Origin: a bacterium
GTDB taxonomy: Bacteria; UBA10199; 2-02-FULL-50-16; JAJFLM01
NCBI GenBank assembly: GCA_965216315.1
Contig: CBDCFN010000016.1
Coordinates: 320,001-384,000 of the forward strand
Direction of reading: 5' to 3'
Length of the DNA: 64,000 nucleotides
Both the position numbers and the translations under genes were made by a program. The notes beneath the pieces are model-generated. The model was not told where the DNA came from. It did not search any database and saw only the letters and a program-made list of their open reading frames with translations. This document shows positions 28,460-37,544 of the stretch, in pieces. Positions within the stretch are counted from its first letter, which is position 1. Each line of letters opens with the position of its first letter.

Positions 28460-29463
28460 CGCGTTTGACTCGGCATGCTGTCGTCTTAGTATTGGCCTTG
28501 AGCCTTTGTGCCTGTGGTGAAGTCGTCTTGCACCAAAATCTCAACCAGATCGACGCGGACAAGATACTCGTTCTGTTGGACAAAAATGGGATTGAGGCCC
28601 ATACCGAAGCCGGGACCGACGGACAGGAGACGACCTGGTCGGTGCTGGTCTCCAAATCGGACGTCTCGATGGCGCGCCGGCTCCTTGTCGAAAACAATTT
28701 GCCCGCCCGCCCCGAATTAGGACTCTCCGGGGTCTATAGTGAAAAAGGACTGATCCCCACGCCAGATGAACAGCGGGCCCGTTTTCTGCTGGCGATGAAG
28801 GGGGAGGTCGTGAACGCGTTGCGCAAGATTCCCGGGGTCCATGAGGTCGGCGTCGTGCTGAATGTCCCGCAAGAATCCGAGTTGGCCTTGGGACAGATCG
28901 ATCAGGTCAAACCGTCGGCATCGGTTGTTCTCCGGGTGGCGGATCCGGCGATGCTCCACCAGGAGTTGACCGAAGAAAAGGTCAAACGCTTCGTCGCGAA
29001 TTCGATCAAGAATCTGGAGCCCAACAACGTCATTGTCATTATTAGTTCCGAGAAGAAAGATACGACGCAGCTCGGTGGGACCGTGTCGGCGCCGGGCGCC
29101 TTGCCGCCGCCCCCGCGTAATCCCCCCCCACCGTCGCCCGAAGGCGGACCGAGTTCGGATCTTGGTTCCGAGTCGGGGACCGCGGGCGGCGAGATCGTGA
29201 CGGTGGCGGGAATCGAGCTGGATGCGGCCTCCGTGGGCAAATTCCGTTTTTATCTGATTATCTTTTTATGCGTCTTGATTCTCCTCTCGGCGGCGTTGCT
29301 GTTGACGCTGTTCCGTTTTAGTCGGATGCGGCGCAAGGCCAAGCCGCGGCGGCTCGAGGCCGTGCCGATTGAGGGGCAACAAGGAGGGCCGGATTTGCTC
29401 CAGAGCGGCCAGGGAGCCATGGGAGTGGGTCCTGGACCCGGTGAAACGGGGACCGGTGCCTAA
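28456..29463 (+). CDS. sctJ: T3SS inner-membrane ring lipoprotein SctJ
   Basis: Lipobox LCAC, LHQNLNQIDAD...LDKNGI, ENNLP, GLIPTPDEQRARF, PSASVV, C-terminal TM; far shorter than FliF. Confidence 0.9.
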   Translation: MTRLTRHAVVLVLALSLCACGEVVLHQNLNQIDADKILVLLDKNGIEAHTEAGTDGQETTWSVLVSKSDVSMARRLLVENNLPARPELGLSGVYSEKGLIPTPDEQRARFLLAMKGEVVNALRKIPGVHEVGVVLNVPQESELALGQIDQVKPSASVVLRVADPAMLHQELTEEKVKRFVANSIKNLEPNNVIVIISSEKKDTTQLGGTVSAPGALPPPPRNPPPPSPEGGPSSDLGSESGTAGGEIVTVAGIELDAASVGKFRFYLIIFLCVLILLSAALLLTLFRFSRMRRKAKPRRLEAVPIEGQQGGPDLLQSGQGAMGVGPGPGETGTGA

Positions 29464-29484
29464 GCCCTGCGGCAGGCTCAGGGC
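29464..29484. repeat. Short REP-like hairpin
   Basis: GCCCTG-CGGCAGGCT-CAGGGC directly after the sctJ stop. Confidence 0.45.
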
Positions 29485-29486
29485 AA

Positions 29487-29515
29487 GCAACTGGAACGGT
29501 TTGAAGAGGCGATAA
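29487..29515 (+). promoter_or_regulatory. Putative sigma28-like promoter GCAACT-N17-CGATAA
   Basis: Recurring motif, 25 bp upstream of ATG 29541. Confidence 0.7.
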
Positions 29516-29540
29516 TAGCTATAAGAGGTAGTATATTGTT

Positions 29541-29996
29541 ATGACTGCAGGTTTAAATGGCGTCAATCCCAGCATTATGCGGACCGAGGTCCGCTTTGTG
29601 GATCCGACCCGCCCGAAAATAAAGAAGATTGGTGCCGGCGCCAAGTTTGCGAGCGCCTTAGGGAGTTTTTTGGGACCGGTCGCCTCGATTGCCGGTATTT
29701 TCTTTCCACCGGCCTTTGCGATTGGCGCGGCGGCCTACGGAATGAAGGGGCTGGCCCAGCAGTCGATCATGCGGCAACAGGCGGCCAACGCGCAGCAGCA
29801 AGCGTCCTACCAGGCGCAACAGGGGCAGCAAACGATCTCTTTTATGGGCTATGAAGGCGGGCAGGCGCCGATTCGACCCGCGGCGGGCGGGGGACTGATG
29901 GGCCACCGGCCTCCGCAAGCGGATCCGATGATGGATATCCTCTTTATGCGGCAGGAGGCGACGCAACAGATGATTAATACCGATTATAGACGGTAG
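29541..29996 (+). CDS. Putative T3SS substrate with a hydrophobic segment
   Basis: FLGPVASIAGIFFPPAFAIGAAAYG segment, Gln-rich tail; weak similarity to the 27385 protein. Confidence 0.65.
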   Translation: MTAGLNGVNPSIMRTEVRFVDPTRPKIKKIGAGAKFASALGSFLGPVASIAGIFFPPAFAIGAAAYGMKGLAQQSIMRQQAANAQQQASYQAQQGQQTISFMGYEGGQAPIRPAAGGGLMGHRPPQADPMMDILFMRQEATQQMINTDYRR

Positions 29997-30009
29997 CGAA
30001 AGGGAATGT

Positions 30010-30369
30010 ATGGGGGTGCATCGACTCGATTCAAATAAAGTTCAACGTTCGCGCGCCGCGGATCCAGCGGCCGATTCCGCGACAAGCGGCGCAGGAACGG
30101 CCAAGGGCCCCGCGGAAGTATTGCCGTTTCCTTTTACGGAGATGCTGACGGTCGCGGGTTTTCGGGTCCCGACCCAATGGCAAGCGCACCCACAATTAGC
30201 GCAACTCCGCCAGAATGCGGAACATACCGCCGGTTTGGACCTTTCCTCGTTTCCACCGGAGATTCAGGAGGATATCCGCACGATGCTCGAATTTGCCGAG
30301 TCCCCGACCTTTAAGCGGCAGATGCAGGCCCTGTTGGATATTGACGTCCCTGACAACGATTCGGCGTAG
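30010..30369 (+). CDS. Hypothetical protein
   Basis: 119 aa, RBS AAGGGA, in operon with 29541. Confidence 0.6.
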   Translation: MGVHRLDSNKVQRSRAADPAADSATSGAGTAKGPAEVLPFPFTEMLTVAGFRVPTQWQAHPQLAQLRQNAEHTAGLDLSSFPPEIQEDIRTMLEFAESPTFKRQMQALLDIDVPDNDSA

Positions 30370-30396
30370 CGTCAGAACGTTCGAATCGCCCCAAAA

Positions 30397-30414
30397 TGAG
30401 GTCTCCAGGCCCCA
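30397..30414. promoter_or_regulatory. Candidate enhancer (UAS) TGAGGTCT-CC-AGGCCCCA
   Basis: Imperfect palindrome about 120 bp upstream of a -24/-12 promoter; recurs at 44491, 46124 and 57091. Confidence 0.65.
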
Positions 30415-30530
30415 TTTTGAAACCCTCTGGCGCATTGCGTTACCGAAAAGCTGTTTGCCAATTTTCGAAAAAACTCAGTATTGACAATGACTTAGAAGTG
30501 TTGTGGAAGGTTGGGAACAGTTGCCCGCTT

Positions 30531-30546
30531 TGGCACAAATACTGCA
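30531..30546 (+). promoter_or_regulatory. Sigma54 -24/-12 promoter
   Basis: TGGCACAAATACTGCA (GG-N10-GC). Confidence 0.75.
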
Positions 30547-30582
30547 TCTTCATCCTGTACGAAGCGAAGGAGTCAAAATCGG

Positions 30583-31410
30583 ATGAGTTCAAAAGCTGTG
30601 AAAAAAGTTGCCAAAAAGAAGAGTCCCCCCGCCAAGCAGAAGAAAGACGAGCGCCGTCATTCGGAGACACGGGATCGTCTGATCAAGCAGTATCTTCCCT
30701 ATGCGGCGTCGATCGCGGGACGCGTGATGCAGATGTTATCGTCGGCAGTCGATTACGACGATGTCATGTGTTATGCGCGTTTAGGCCTGCTTGAAGCCGC
30801 CGAACGCTTTGATCCCAGCATGAACGTCGATTTTAAGACCTTTGCGTACTACCGTATCAAGGGCGCGATCTATGACGGGCTCCGCAAGAGCGGTTGGGTC
30901 CCCCGCGCTCTTTACGCCAAGATCAAGTTTGAGCAGGCGTCCAATAATTATCTTGAGTTTGTTTCTTCCAAGCGTTCGCTCGACGGCGATGAAGACCAAA
31001 AGGCCGCCGAGGTCTATGACACAGTTAACTCCCTCGCTTCAATTTACGTGATCTCGATCGATGCCTCGGAAGAGCCGATGGAGATTGAAGATACCAATGC
31101 CAAGAGCTCCGAGCAGCTCGCCCAGTTTCAACAGCTCAAGGGGCACATGAAGGCCTCGATTGAACTCCTCCCGGCCAAGGAACGCAAGCTGATCAAAATG
31201 TATTATTTCCAGAACAAGACCCTCGAAGAGGCGGGAGCTGAATTAGGTCTGTCGAAGAGTTGGACCTCGCGACTCCACGCCCGGGCCCTCGAAATGCTTT
31301 TCAAGAAGGTGAATGCCCGCATTCATCACTCGCACGGGGCGCAAGCGCCTGCGCAGCCGGACGAAGACACCCCTGATCTGCCGCAATTGCAGCAAGGAGG
31401 CACGCGGTGA
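30583..31410 (+). CDS. FliA/WhiG-family (sigma28-like) RNA polymerase sigma factor
   Basis: GLLEAAERFDP...FKTFAYYRIKGAIYDGLR...WVPR; region 4 LEEAGAELGLSKSWTSRLHARAL. Confidence 0.9.
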   Translation: MSSKAVKKVAKKKSPPAKQKKDERRHSETRDRLIKQYLPYAASIAGRVMQMLSSAVDYDDVMCYARLGLLEAAERFDPSMNVDFKTFAYYRIKGAIYDGLRKSGWVPRALYAKIKFEQASNNYLEFVSSKRSLDGDEDQKAAEVYDTVNSLASIYVISIDASEEPMEIEDTNAKSSEQLAQFQQLKGHMKASIELLPAKERKLIKMYYFQNKTLEEAGAELGLSKSWTSRLHARALEMLFKKVNARIHHSHGAQAPAQPDEDTPDLPQLQQGGTR

Positions 31411-31895
31411 GCATCGAAGCGAAAGTCGCTCAAACCGCGACCAAGGTCGCGACCGAAGTTGCCAAGCAAGGGGGCCAAAATCCGCTTCAAACCGGCGAAT
31501 CTCAGTTTATGAACGTGCTGCAGCAGCACGAAATCAAGATGGAAGCGTCCAGCAATGACATTATGTCGATGTTGGGGCAAGATGCCAGCCTCCATCCGGC
31601 CGATAACGCTGTTTCGGCCGATGGCCTCCAAATCCAGATTTCCGACGTCCAAAAGTTGGAATCTGTCGAATCATCCAACAAACTCGGCAATATGTTTGAA
31701 AACCTCAATCGTGATGGGCTCAATATGGAGCGCATTCAGGAGATGGTGATGTCTGGTGAGAAGATGAGTAATCGCGAATTGATGGCAATGCAGGCGATGA
31801 TTCACCAGTCAGCCCTTGAAATCCAGATTGGGGTTCAGGCGATGGACGCCGGGAAGTCCTCGATCCAAACGCTGGTACAAAGGACAACGCAATAG
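31407..31895 (+). CDS. Putative inner-rod (SctI-like) protein
   Basis: C-terminal MSNRELMAMQAMIHQSALEIQIGVQAMDAGKSSIQTLVQ helix pattern; position in the operon. Confidence 0.55.
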   Translation: MSIEAKVAQTATKVATEVAKQGGQNPLQTGESQFMNVLQQHEIKMEASSNDIMSMLGQDASLHPADNAVSADGLQIQISDVQKLESVESSNKLGNMFENLNRDGLNMERIQEMVMSGEKMSNRELMAMQAMIHQSALEIQIGVQAMDAGKSSIQTLVQRTTQ

Positions 31896-31907
31896 TATAA
31901 CTACAAT

Positions 31908-32918
31908 ATGAATGAAGAATTGGCCACCTCAGGCAAGGTCATGGCGGCCTTAGCCATCTTGGAGGGGGAAAGGGATCCGGCGGCACTGTTTCGCTTTGCG
32001 CCGACCGAGCTGGCCGACTCGCTGACCCATTATGCCGGGGTGCTGCGGAGCCGTTTTGCGAGGGGCAAGGCGCAGGAACTGGCAGCGTTGCTCAAGTCGT
32101 GGTCCGAACAATCGCCCGCCTTACCCATCCATGAGATCCATCCGGGCTGGCTCCTTGAAGTCGTCAAAGAAGAGAGTCCGCGCGTCATTGGACTCATCTG
32201 TCGCTACCTTCCCGGTCATCATGTTCGTTTTGTCATCGAGAATCTTCCGCGCGAAATCCGCGACAAACTCCCGACCTTGAATGAAAGTTTCGGTCTCCCG
32301 GTCGAATTGATTAATGAGGTGAAGTCCTTTTTGGGGTCTCGCTTCTTTCAAGGGACGCCGCCCAATGCCGGGGAACGTTTTTCCGTGCGTCATATCCCAT
32401 GGATGAGTGCCCGGGACATTCGTTGCGTGGTGCGGGAGCTGGGCTATAGCGAGTTACGCAAGGCCTTTGTCGGCATGGATGTGCAGGCGATCCAGGCCTT
32501 TCTGACCCGCTTTCCGCTCGAGGAGGCCAAGGAATTGCGGGCCCACATCGAGAAGGGTCCGGCGATTTCTGACGCGGAGCACAAGCGCGCGCAGGCCCAC
32601 ATTGTCGGGATGAATTTAGATGTGAGTTGTGCGGCCGACCTCCCCTATGAAATTGGACTTTCCGCCCTGGCGGAAGCGGTGGCCGCCGATGAGACCGGCT
32701 GGATTGAAGGCGTGGTCGTGCGGCTGGACCCGGCCGAGGGCTACAGCCTCCGTCGTTATGTCAAAGAGGCGCAGGCCAGTGGGCGTTCCGACTCATGCGA
32801 GCGGCGTCAGACGGAATTGTTGGGCTTGATCCGTGAATTGGCCGATAATGGCAAAATTGCCCAGTATTGGGGGAGTCGAGCGGACGACGAAATCACTCAG
32901 AGCGGAAAACCGACTTAA
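31908..32918 (+). CDS. Divergent FliG-like protein in the SctK position
   Basis: EESPRVIGLICRYLP resembles FliG-M EHPQ.IALIL..L; MSARDIRCVVRELGYSELRKAF...GPAISDAEHKRAQAHIV and LLGLIRELADNGKI resemble FliG-C. Confidence 0.65.
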   Translation: MNEELATSGKVMAALAILEGERDPAALFRFAPTELADSLTHYAGVLRSRFARGKAQELAALLKSWSEQSPALPIHEIHPGWLLEVVKEESPRVIGLICRYLPGHHVRFVIENLPREIRDKLPTLNESFGLPVELINEVKSFLGSRFFQGTPPNAGERFSVRHIPWMSARDIRCVVRELGYSELRKAFVGMDVQAIQAFLTRFPLEEAKELRAHIEKGPAISDAEHKRAQAHIVGMNLDVSCAADLPYEIGLSALAEAVAADETGWIEGVVVRLDPAEGYSLRRYVKEAQASGRSDSCERRQTELLGLIRELADNGKIAQYWGSRADDEITQSGKPT

Positions 32919-32941
32919 ATGGTATAATAAGGGCCGAAATT

Positions 32942-33610
32942 ATGACTGAAATCATTAAACGCGATGATCCCGAAGGACAGCTCAAAGTGAAGGAAACGGA
33001 GACGTTCAGTCCGAGCCACTTCGTGCCGTCACGGGGGGTCCTCTCCAAAGACGTCGTCGGGGCCCGAGACGAGGCCGCACGGCTCATTGCCGAGGCGCGC
33101 GTGGAAGGACAACGCGTCATTGAGCAGGCGCGTCAACTCAAAGAGCGCATGACCGCCCAGGTCGAGCAGGAGAGAAAAAAAGGTTACGCCATTGGTCGTG
33201 AAGAGGGCCTGGGCCAGGTGACGGAACTGATGGCCACGGCGACGGCCGAGCGCGAAAAGATGCTCCAGGCGGCCGAACCCGAAGTCGTTCGGATGGTCTT
33301 CCAGATCGTTGAAAAGATACTCGGTGACGCGGTCGACCGCGGGGCCATTGTCGCCGTCGTGCAGCAGGCCCTGACCGAAGCCATCGGCGAACGGATCACG
33401 GTTCGGGTGCATCCCGACGATTTGGACAAAGTCCGCTTGGCCGAGCCCCAGCTCAAAGAGCGGCTCCAAAATATCAAATCTCTGGTCACCGTTGCAGACG
33501 AAGGGATGGAAAAAGGGGGATGCAGCGTGGATACGGAAGTTGGGACAATTGACGCCCAGCTCAGCACGCAGATGGCGGCGATCAAAAAATCCTTAGGATT
33601 GGCGGATTAA
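32942..33610 (+). CDS. sctL: Stator SctL/FliH
   Basis: GYAIGREEG repeat, ITVRVHPDD, GGCSVDTEVGTIDA. Confidence 0.9.
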   Translation: MTEIIKRDDPEGQLKVKETETFSPSHFVPSRGVLSKDVVGARDEAARLIAEARVEGQRVIEQARQLKERMTAQVEQERKKGYAIGREEGLGQVTELMATATAEREKMLQAAEPEVVRMVFQIVEKILGDAVDRGAIVAVVQQALTEAIGERITVRVHPDDLDKVRLAEPQLKERLQNIKSLVTVADEGMEKGGCSVDTEVGTIDAQLSTQMAAIKKSLGLAD

Positions 33611-33613
33611 GCG

Positions 33614-34939
33614 ATGACGATTATTGATCTGAAGAAATTTCAGCGCGACCTCTCTCAAGTGTCGACTTACAAGGTCAAGGGACGGGTGACTGAGCTGATC
33701 GGTTTGGTCGTGCGCGCCGTCGTGCCGAACGTACAGGTCGGCGAGCTCTGTCTGATTGAGCCTCTCAATGAACGGCCCAGTCTGCGGGCGGAGGTCGTTG
33801 GCTTTCAAGAAAATGAGGTCTTACTGATGCCGCTGGGGAATCTCGAAGGGATTGCCCCGGGTTGTAGCGTGATCCCCACCGGCCATGCCATGACGGTTCG
33901 GGTCGGACATGGTTTGTTGGGCCGGGTGCTCAATGGATTGGGGGATCCCCTCGATGAGGAGGAAAAGGGCCCTTTGTCGTGGGACGAAGAGTATCCTGTC
34001 CAAGCGGATCCTCCCCATGCCCTCAAGCGGGAACGCGTGCTGAATACCCTGTCCGTCGGGATCAAGGCGATCGATGCCGTGTGTACGGTCGGTGAGGGCC
34101 AGCGCGTCGGTTTGTTTGCCGGGGCCGGGGTGGGAAAATCGACGCTGATCGGGATGATCGCCCGTAATACGAGTGCCGAAATCAATGTTATTTGTCTGGT
34201 CGGGGAGCGTGGTCGCGAGGTCAGAGATTTCCTGGAACAGGATTTGGGGCCCGAGGGGTTGGCGCGTTCCGTCGTGATCGTGTCGACATCCGATCAACCG
34301 TCGTTGGTGCGTGCCAAGGCCGCCTATGTAGCGACGGCCATTGCCGAGTATTTCCGGGACCAGGGCAAGAGCGTCTTTTTGATGATGGATTCCGTGACGC
34401 GCTTTGCGCGCGCTCTGCGCGAGATTGGTCTGGCCGTCGGGGAGCCGCCGGCGCGTCAAGGCTATACCCCGTCGGTCTTTTCTACTTTGCCCCGTTTGCT
34501 CGAACGCTCCGGTAATTCGGACCGTGGCTCGATCACGGCCTTTTACACGGTGTTGGTGGCCGGGGACGATATGAACGAGCCCGTCGCCGATGAAACGATG
34601 TCGATTCTCGACGGTCATATCGTCTTGTCCCGGGACCTGGCGAATCGCGGTCATTACCCGGCGATCGATGTTTCCAAGTCGGTCAGTCGCGTCATGCTGG
34701 GAGTCGTGAGCCCGGAACACATGAAGGCGGCTCAACAGCTCAAGGAGGTCTTGGCCTCCTATGAAAAGGAGCGGGACCTGATCGTCATCGGGGCCTATGA
34801 GCCGGGGACGGACCCCAAGGTGGATTATGCGATCGATAAGATTGAAGAGGTCGAGACTTTTTTAAAGCAGGATGTCCACGACAAAGTCGGCCTCAACGAA
34901 TCCGTCCAGGAACTCCAGGAGATGTTCGATGATGTTTAA
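33614..34939 (+). CDS. sctN: T3SS ATPase SctN/FliI
   Basis: GAGVGKST, LVGERGREV, MDSVTRFARA, GHYPAIDV. Confidence 0.97.
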   Translation: MTIIDLKKFQRDLSQVSTYKVKGRVTELIGLVVRAVVPNVQVGELCLIEPLNERPSLRAEVVGFQENEVLLMPLGNLEGIAPGCSVIPTGHAMTVRVGHGLLGRVLNGLGDPLDEEEKGPLSWDEEYPVQADPPHALKRERVLNTLSVGIKAIDAVCTVGEGQRVGLFAGAGVGKSTLIGMIARNTSAEINVICLVGERGREVRDFLEQDLGPEGLARSVVIVSTSDQPSLVRAKAAYVATAIAEYFRDQGKSVFLMMDSVTRFARALREIGLAVGEPPARQGYTPSVFSTLPRLLERSGNSDRGSITAFYTVLVAGDDMNEPVADETMSILDGHIVLSRDLANRGHYPAIDVSKSVSRVMLGVVSPEHMKAAQQLKEVLASYEKERDLIVIGAYEPGTDPKVDYAIDKIEEVETFLKQDVHDKVGLNESVQELQEMFDDV

Positions 34940-35039
34940 TAACGATAGCCATTCTAGCGAGCAACGCGAGCGAGAGGGGGAGGCTCCGATGGCTTTGCCA
35001 GTGGAGGGGGCGACGCGAGCCCCTATGAACAATGTCTGA
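34929..35039 (+). repeat. Intergenic hairpin insert forming a 36-codon mini-ORF bridging sctN and sctO
   Basis: AGGAG RBS, ATG 34929, open frame through GC-rich GGGGGAGGCTCC...GGAGGGGGCGACGCGAGCCCCT, TGA just inside the start of sctO. Confidence 0.55.
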
Positions 35040-35535
35040 GAAGTATCGCTTAGAGCCGCTGTTGCGCATCAAAGCCCGCGCGCGGAAGCGCGCGGAGATT
35101 GCCCTGGCTCAGGCGATTGGCCACCTCGAAAAGGAAAAGAAGCGCAAGGAAGAGCTCGAGCAGGAGAAGCAGGATCTGATCACGACCAAGACCGAGATCC
35201 GGAATGAGCTCGATGCCCGCATGAACAGCGAGGCTGGCATCGTGTCGGATTCCTTTCAGTACATTAATTACATGCGCGGGCTCGAGGAGGATATCGGGCA
35301 GAAGGATCGTGATATCGAGCGCCAGGAAGATGTCATCGAGGACGCCAAGGTCGTCGTCGGTCGCGCACGGCGTGATTATATTGACGCGGCCCAGGAGCAT
35401 AAGGTGATGGAGAAGCACAAGGAGCTCTGGGAGAAGCGGCAACAGAAAGAGCTGATGCGGCGCGAACAAAAGGAGATGGATGAACTCGGACAGGTCATCC
35501 ATCAGATGGCGCACCGGGGCGGGAAAGGTTTATAA
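35032..35535 (+). CDS. sctO: Stalk SctO/FliJ
   Basis: YRLEPLLRIK start, charged coiled coil, EQKEMDEL end; follows sctN. Confidence 0.85.
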   Translation: MSEKYRLEPLLRIKARARKRAEIALAQAIGHLEKEKKRKEELEQEKQDLITTKTEIRNELDARMNSEAGIVSDSFQYINYMRGLEEDIGQKDRDIERQEDVIEDAKVVVGRARRDYIDAAQEHKVMEKHKELWEKRQQKELMRREQKEMDELGQVIHQMAHRGGKGL

Positions 35536-35644
35536 TTAAATGGACGGGTCCTGCCGCCTTCGCAATCCTTTTGCTGCGTCTCAAAACGACGGTCAAAAGG
35601 ATCGCTCGCGTCACCCGTCGCAAGTGAGTATTTGGTAATTTAAT

Positions 35645-36565
35645 ATGGCTAAAAACATCGACAACGCTGCCTCCCGAGACGCCGCCCGCCAGGCCCAAAA
35701 AGTCAGCCAGGCCGAACAGGCCCGGACCGGCAAACAGGCGATGGGCATCGGTGCCCAGCCGTCTCAATCCCAGTTCGGCCAGATTCTCCAAGAGCAGATG
35801 GGCCAGTCCGCTCAACTGAATCGTCAGGACTCCGTGAAGCCCCGGGAGGACAAGCCGGAAGACCGGCGTTCCGATACCCGTGATTCCGGTAAGGGGAAAG
35901 AGTCGGCGCACAAGGACGCCGCGGTCCAAGATCGGGTCCGCGAGTCAAAAGGGCGCGATGACTCGCGAGACCGTTCCGATTCCCGCGAGGACTCCAAGGG
36001 GGGCGGGGAGCGCAAGGAGTCGACCCAGCAGGCCAAAGAGGCCGAACAGCGCGTCGTCGGCAAACAGCAGGGCCGCGGCGATGGCGAGGGTCAAAAGGGC
36101 GGCCAACAAGGGAAGGGCCAGGACGGGCGACATGGCGCGGGCCAGCAGTCTCAGGGCGAAGCGGGTACGATGGCCGGGAAGACCGCGAAGCAGCCGGCGC
36201 AGTCCCAGGCCAAGCCTCAGTTTGCTCAGGGGGCGATGGCAACCGCTCAAGCGAGTTCGACCTCAGCCGCGGCTAAATCAGCACCCATGACCCGGATTCC
36301 CCAGCAGGTTATCGACCAGATTGTTAGTTATGCACGGCTCCACAGCAAAAAAGACGGGGAAACCGAGATGGAGCTAGCCCTGCATGAAGAAGTCTTCAAG
36401 GGGCTCCGCATGCGTATTTCGACCAAGAACGGTAAAATCACGACGACCTTCATTACGAGCTCCCGGGACGTCAAGGACCTCTTCAATACCCACAAGCAGA
36501 CCCTCCGCCGTCAGCTGACCGAAAATGGTTTGGCGCTGGAGGGGATCGATGTTATTATGACCTAA
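35645..36565 (+). CDS. sctP: Length-control protein SctP/FliK-like
   Basis: Low-complexity N-terminal region plus a C-terminal T3S4-like domain (MELALHEEVFKGLRMRIS...LRRQLTENGL). Confidence 0.75.
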   Translation: MAKNIDNAASRDAARQAQKVSQAEQARTGKQAMGIGAQPSQSQFGQILQEQMGQSAQLNRQDSVKPREDKPEDRRSDTRDSGKGKESAHKDAAVQDRVRESKGRDDSRDRSDSREDSKGGGERKESTQQAKEAEQRVVGKQQGRGDGEGQKGGQQGKGQDGRHGAGQQSQGEAGTMAGKTAKQPAQSQAKPQFAQGAMATAQASSTSAAAKSAPMTRIPQQVIDQIVSYARLHSKKDGETEMELALHEEVFKGLRMRISTKNGKITTTFITSSRDVKDLFNTHKQTLRRQLTENGLALEGIDVIMT

Positions 36566-36603
36566 GAATTTCGCGTAGTTACGTGATTTTTGGGTCAAAT
36601 TCT

Positions 36604-37539
36604 ATGGAAGCTACAAGCCTTGATTTTTCGCGCTTAGAAAAGATTTCGCTCACGGAGCGACGTTTGCGGGAGACCCTCGACAATTTTATTCCGGCTGGGG
36701 AGCGACGGCTTCAGCTTCAACTGGCCATTGAACAGGCCCTGCAGCAATCCCTGCGAGGGGGCTGTACTCTCCATGGCAAGGCCTATCGCTTGGAGGCGGC
36801 CGAAGAATGGCGCGACCATGCCGCCGGTGATGCGCTGTATGTGACCTTATCAGTCATTCCGACCGGGGCCAAGATGGTCCTGGTCTGGGATCCGGTACTG
36901 GCGCTTGCGTTGGTCGATCGCGTGTTAGGAGGCGAACTCAAGGAAGTTCCTGTGGCGCGACAGCTGACGGAGATTGAGATCGGGGTCATTTCCTTTCTCT
37001 TGATGCAGGCCTGTCGCGTGTTTGACCAGATGGTGGCGGAATCCGCGAACGGGGAGTTTGCCCCGATTCGCATCGAAAAAGTCTTTCACGCCCGGGAGAC
37101 CTTACTGGCGGCCATGGCCGGCGCCAAGCAAGTGGCCGTTATGGATGTGTCGGTCGCGATTCCCGAGCTTACCGGGTTGATGCAGATGGTTTTGCCGGAC
37201 AACTTCATTGAGGAGGTCATGCAACCCCGTGTCAAACTGCCGGAACAGACCCTGGGGGTGGCGGAAGAACGGGCGCGACTTGAGTCGCTCGGTGACTTGA
37301 CCTTTCCGATGCGTGCCGTGGTCGGGGAGAGTGCGCTGCTTCCGGCCGAGTTGGGGGCCTTGGAGCCTGGAGACATCGTTCTGCTGGATCAAGCCCATGC
37401 CCGCATGGAGCAGGGTCGACTGCAAGGTCACGTGCAGTTGAAGGCCTTGCGCCCCGGTGCTCCGACGCTGATGACGCAGATTCGCGATGACGGGCCGCCG
37501 GCTCAACTCGAAATTATAGAAATGTACCGAGAGGCATAA
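36604..37539 (+). CDS. FliM-like / SctQ N-terminal sorting-platform protein
   Basis: LVDRVLGG...RQLTEIE FliM motif; C-terminal SPOA (ELGALEPGDIVLLD). Confidence 0.8.
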   Translation: MEATSLDFSRLEKISLTERRLRETLDNFIPAGERRLQLQLAIEQALQQSLRGGCTLHGKAYRLEAAEEWRDHAAGDALYVTLSVIPTGAKMVLVWDPVLALALVDRVLGGELKEVPVARQLTEIEIGVISFLLMQACRVFDQMVAESANGEFAPIRIEKVFHARETLLAAMAGAKQVAVMDVSVAIPELTGLMQMVLPDNFIEEVMQPRVKLPEQTLGVAEERARLESLGDLTFPMRAVVGESALLPAELGALEPGDIVLLDQAHARMEQGRLQGHVQLKALRPGAPTLMTQIRDDGPPAQLEIIEMYREA

Positions 37540-37544
37540 ATTTT

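Noticed and set aside
30396..30794. ORF 30396 and the extended TTG start of the sigma factor at 30511
   Set aside because: They overlap the enhancer and the -24/-12 promoter; ATG 30583 has an AAGGAG RBS
33821..34735. Long antisense ORFs (e.g. 33821-34735, 24923-25795, 38565-39395, 15805-16566)
   Set aside because: Mirror frames of well-supported GC-rich genes
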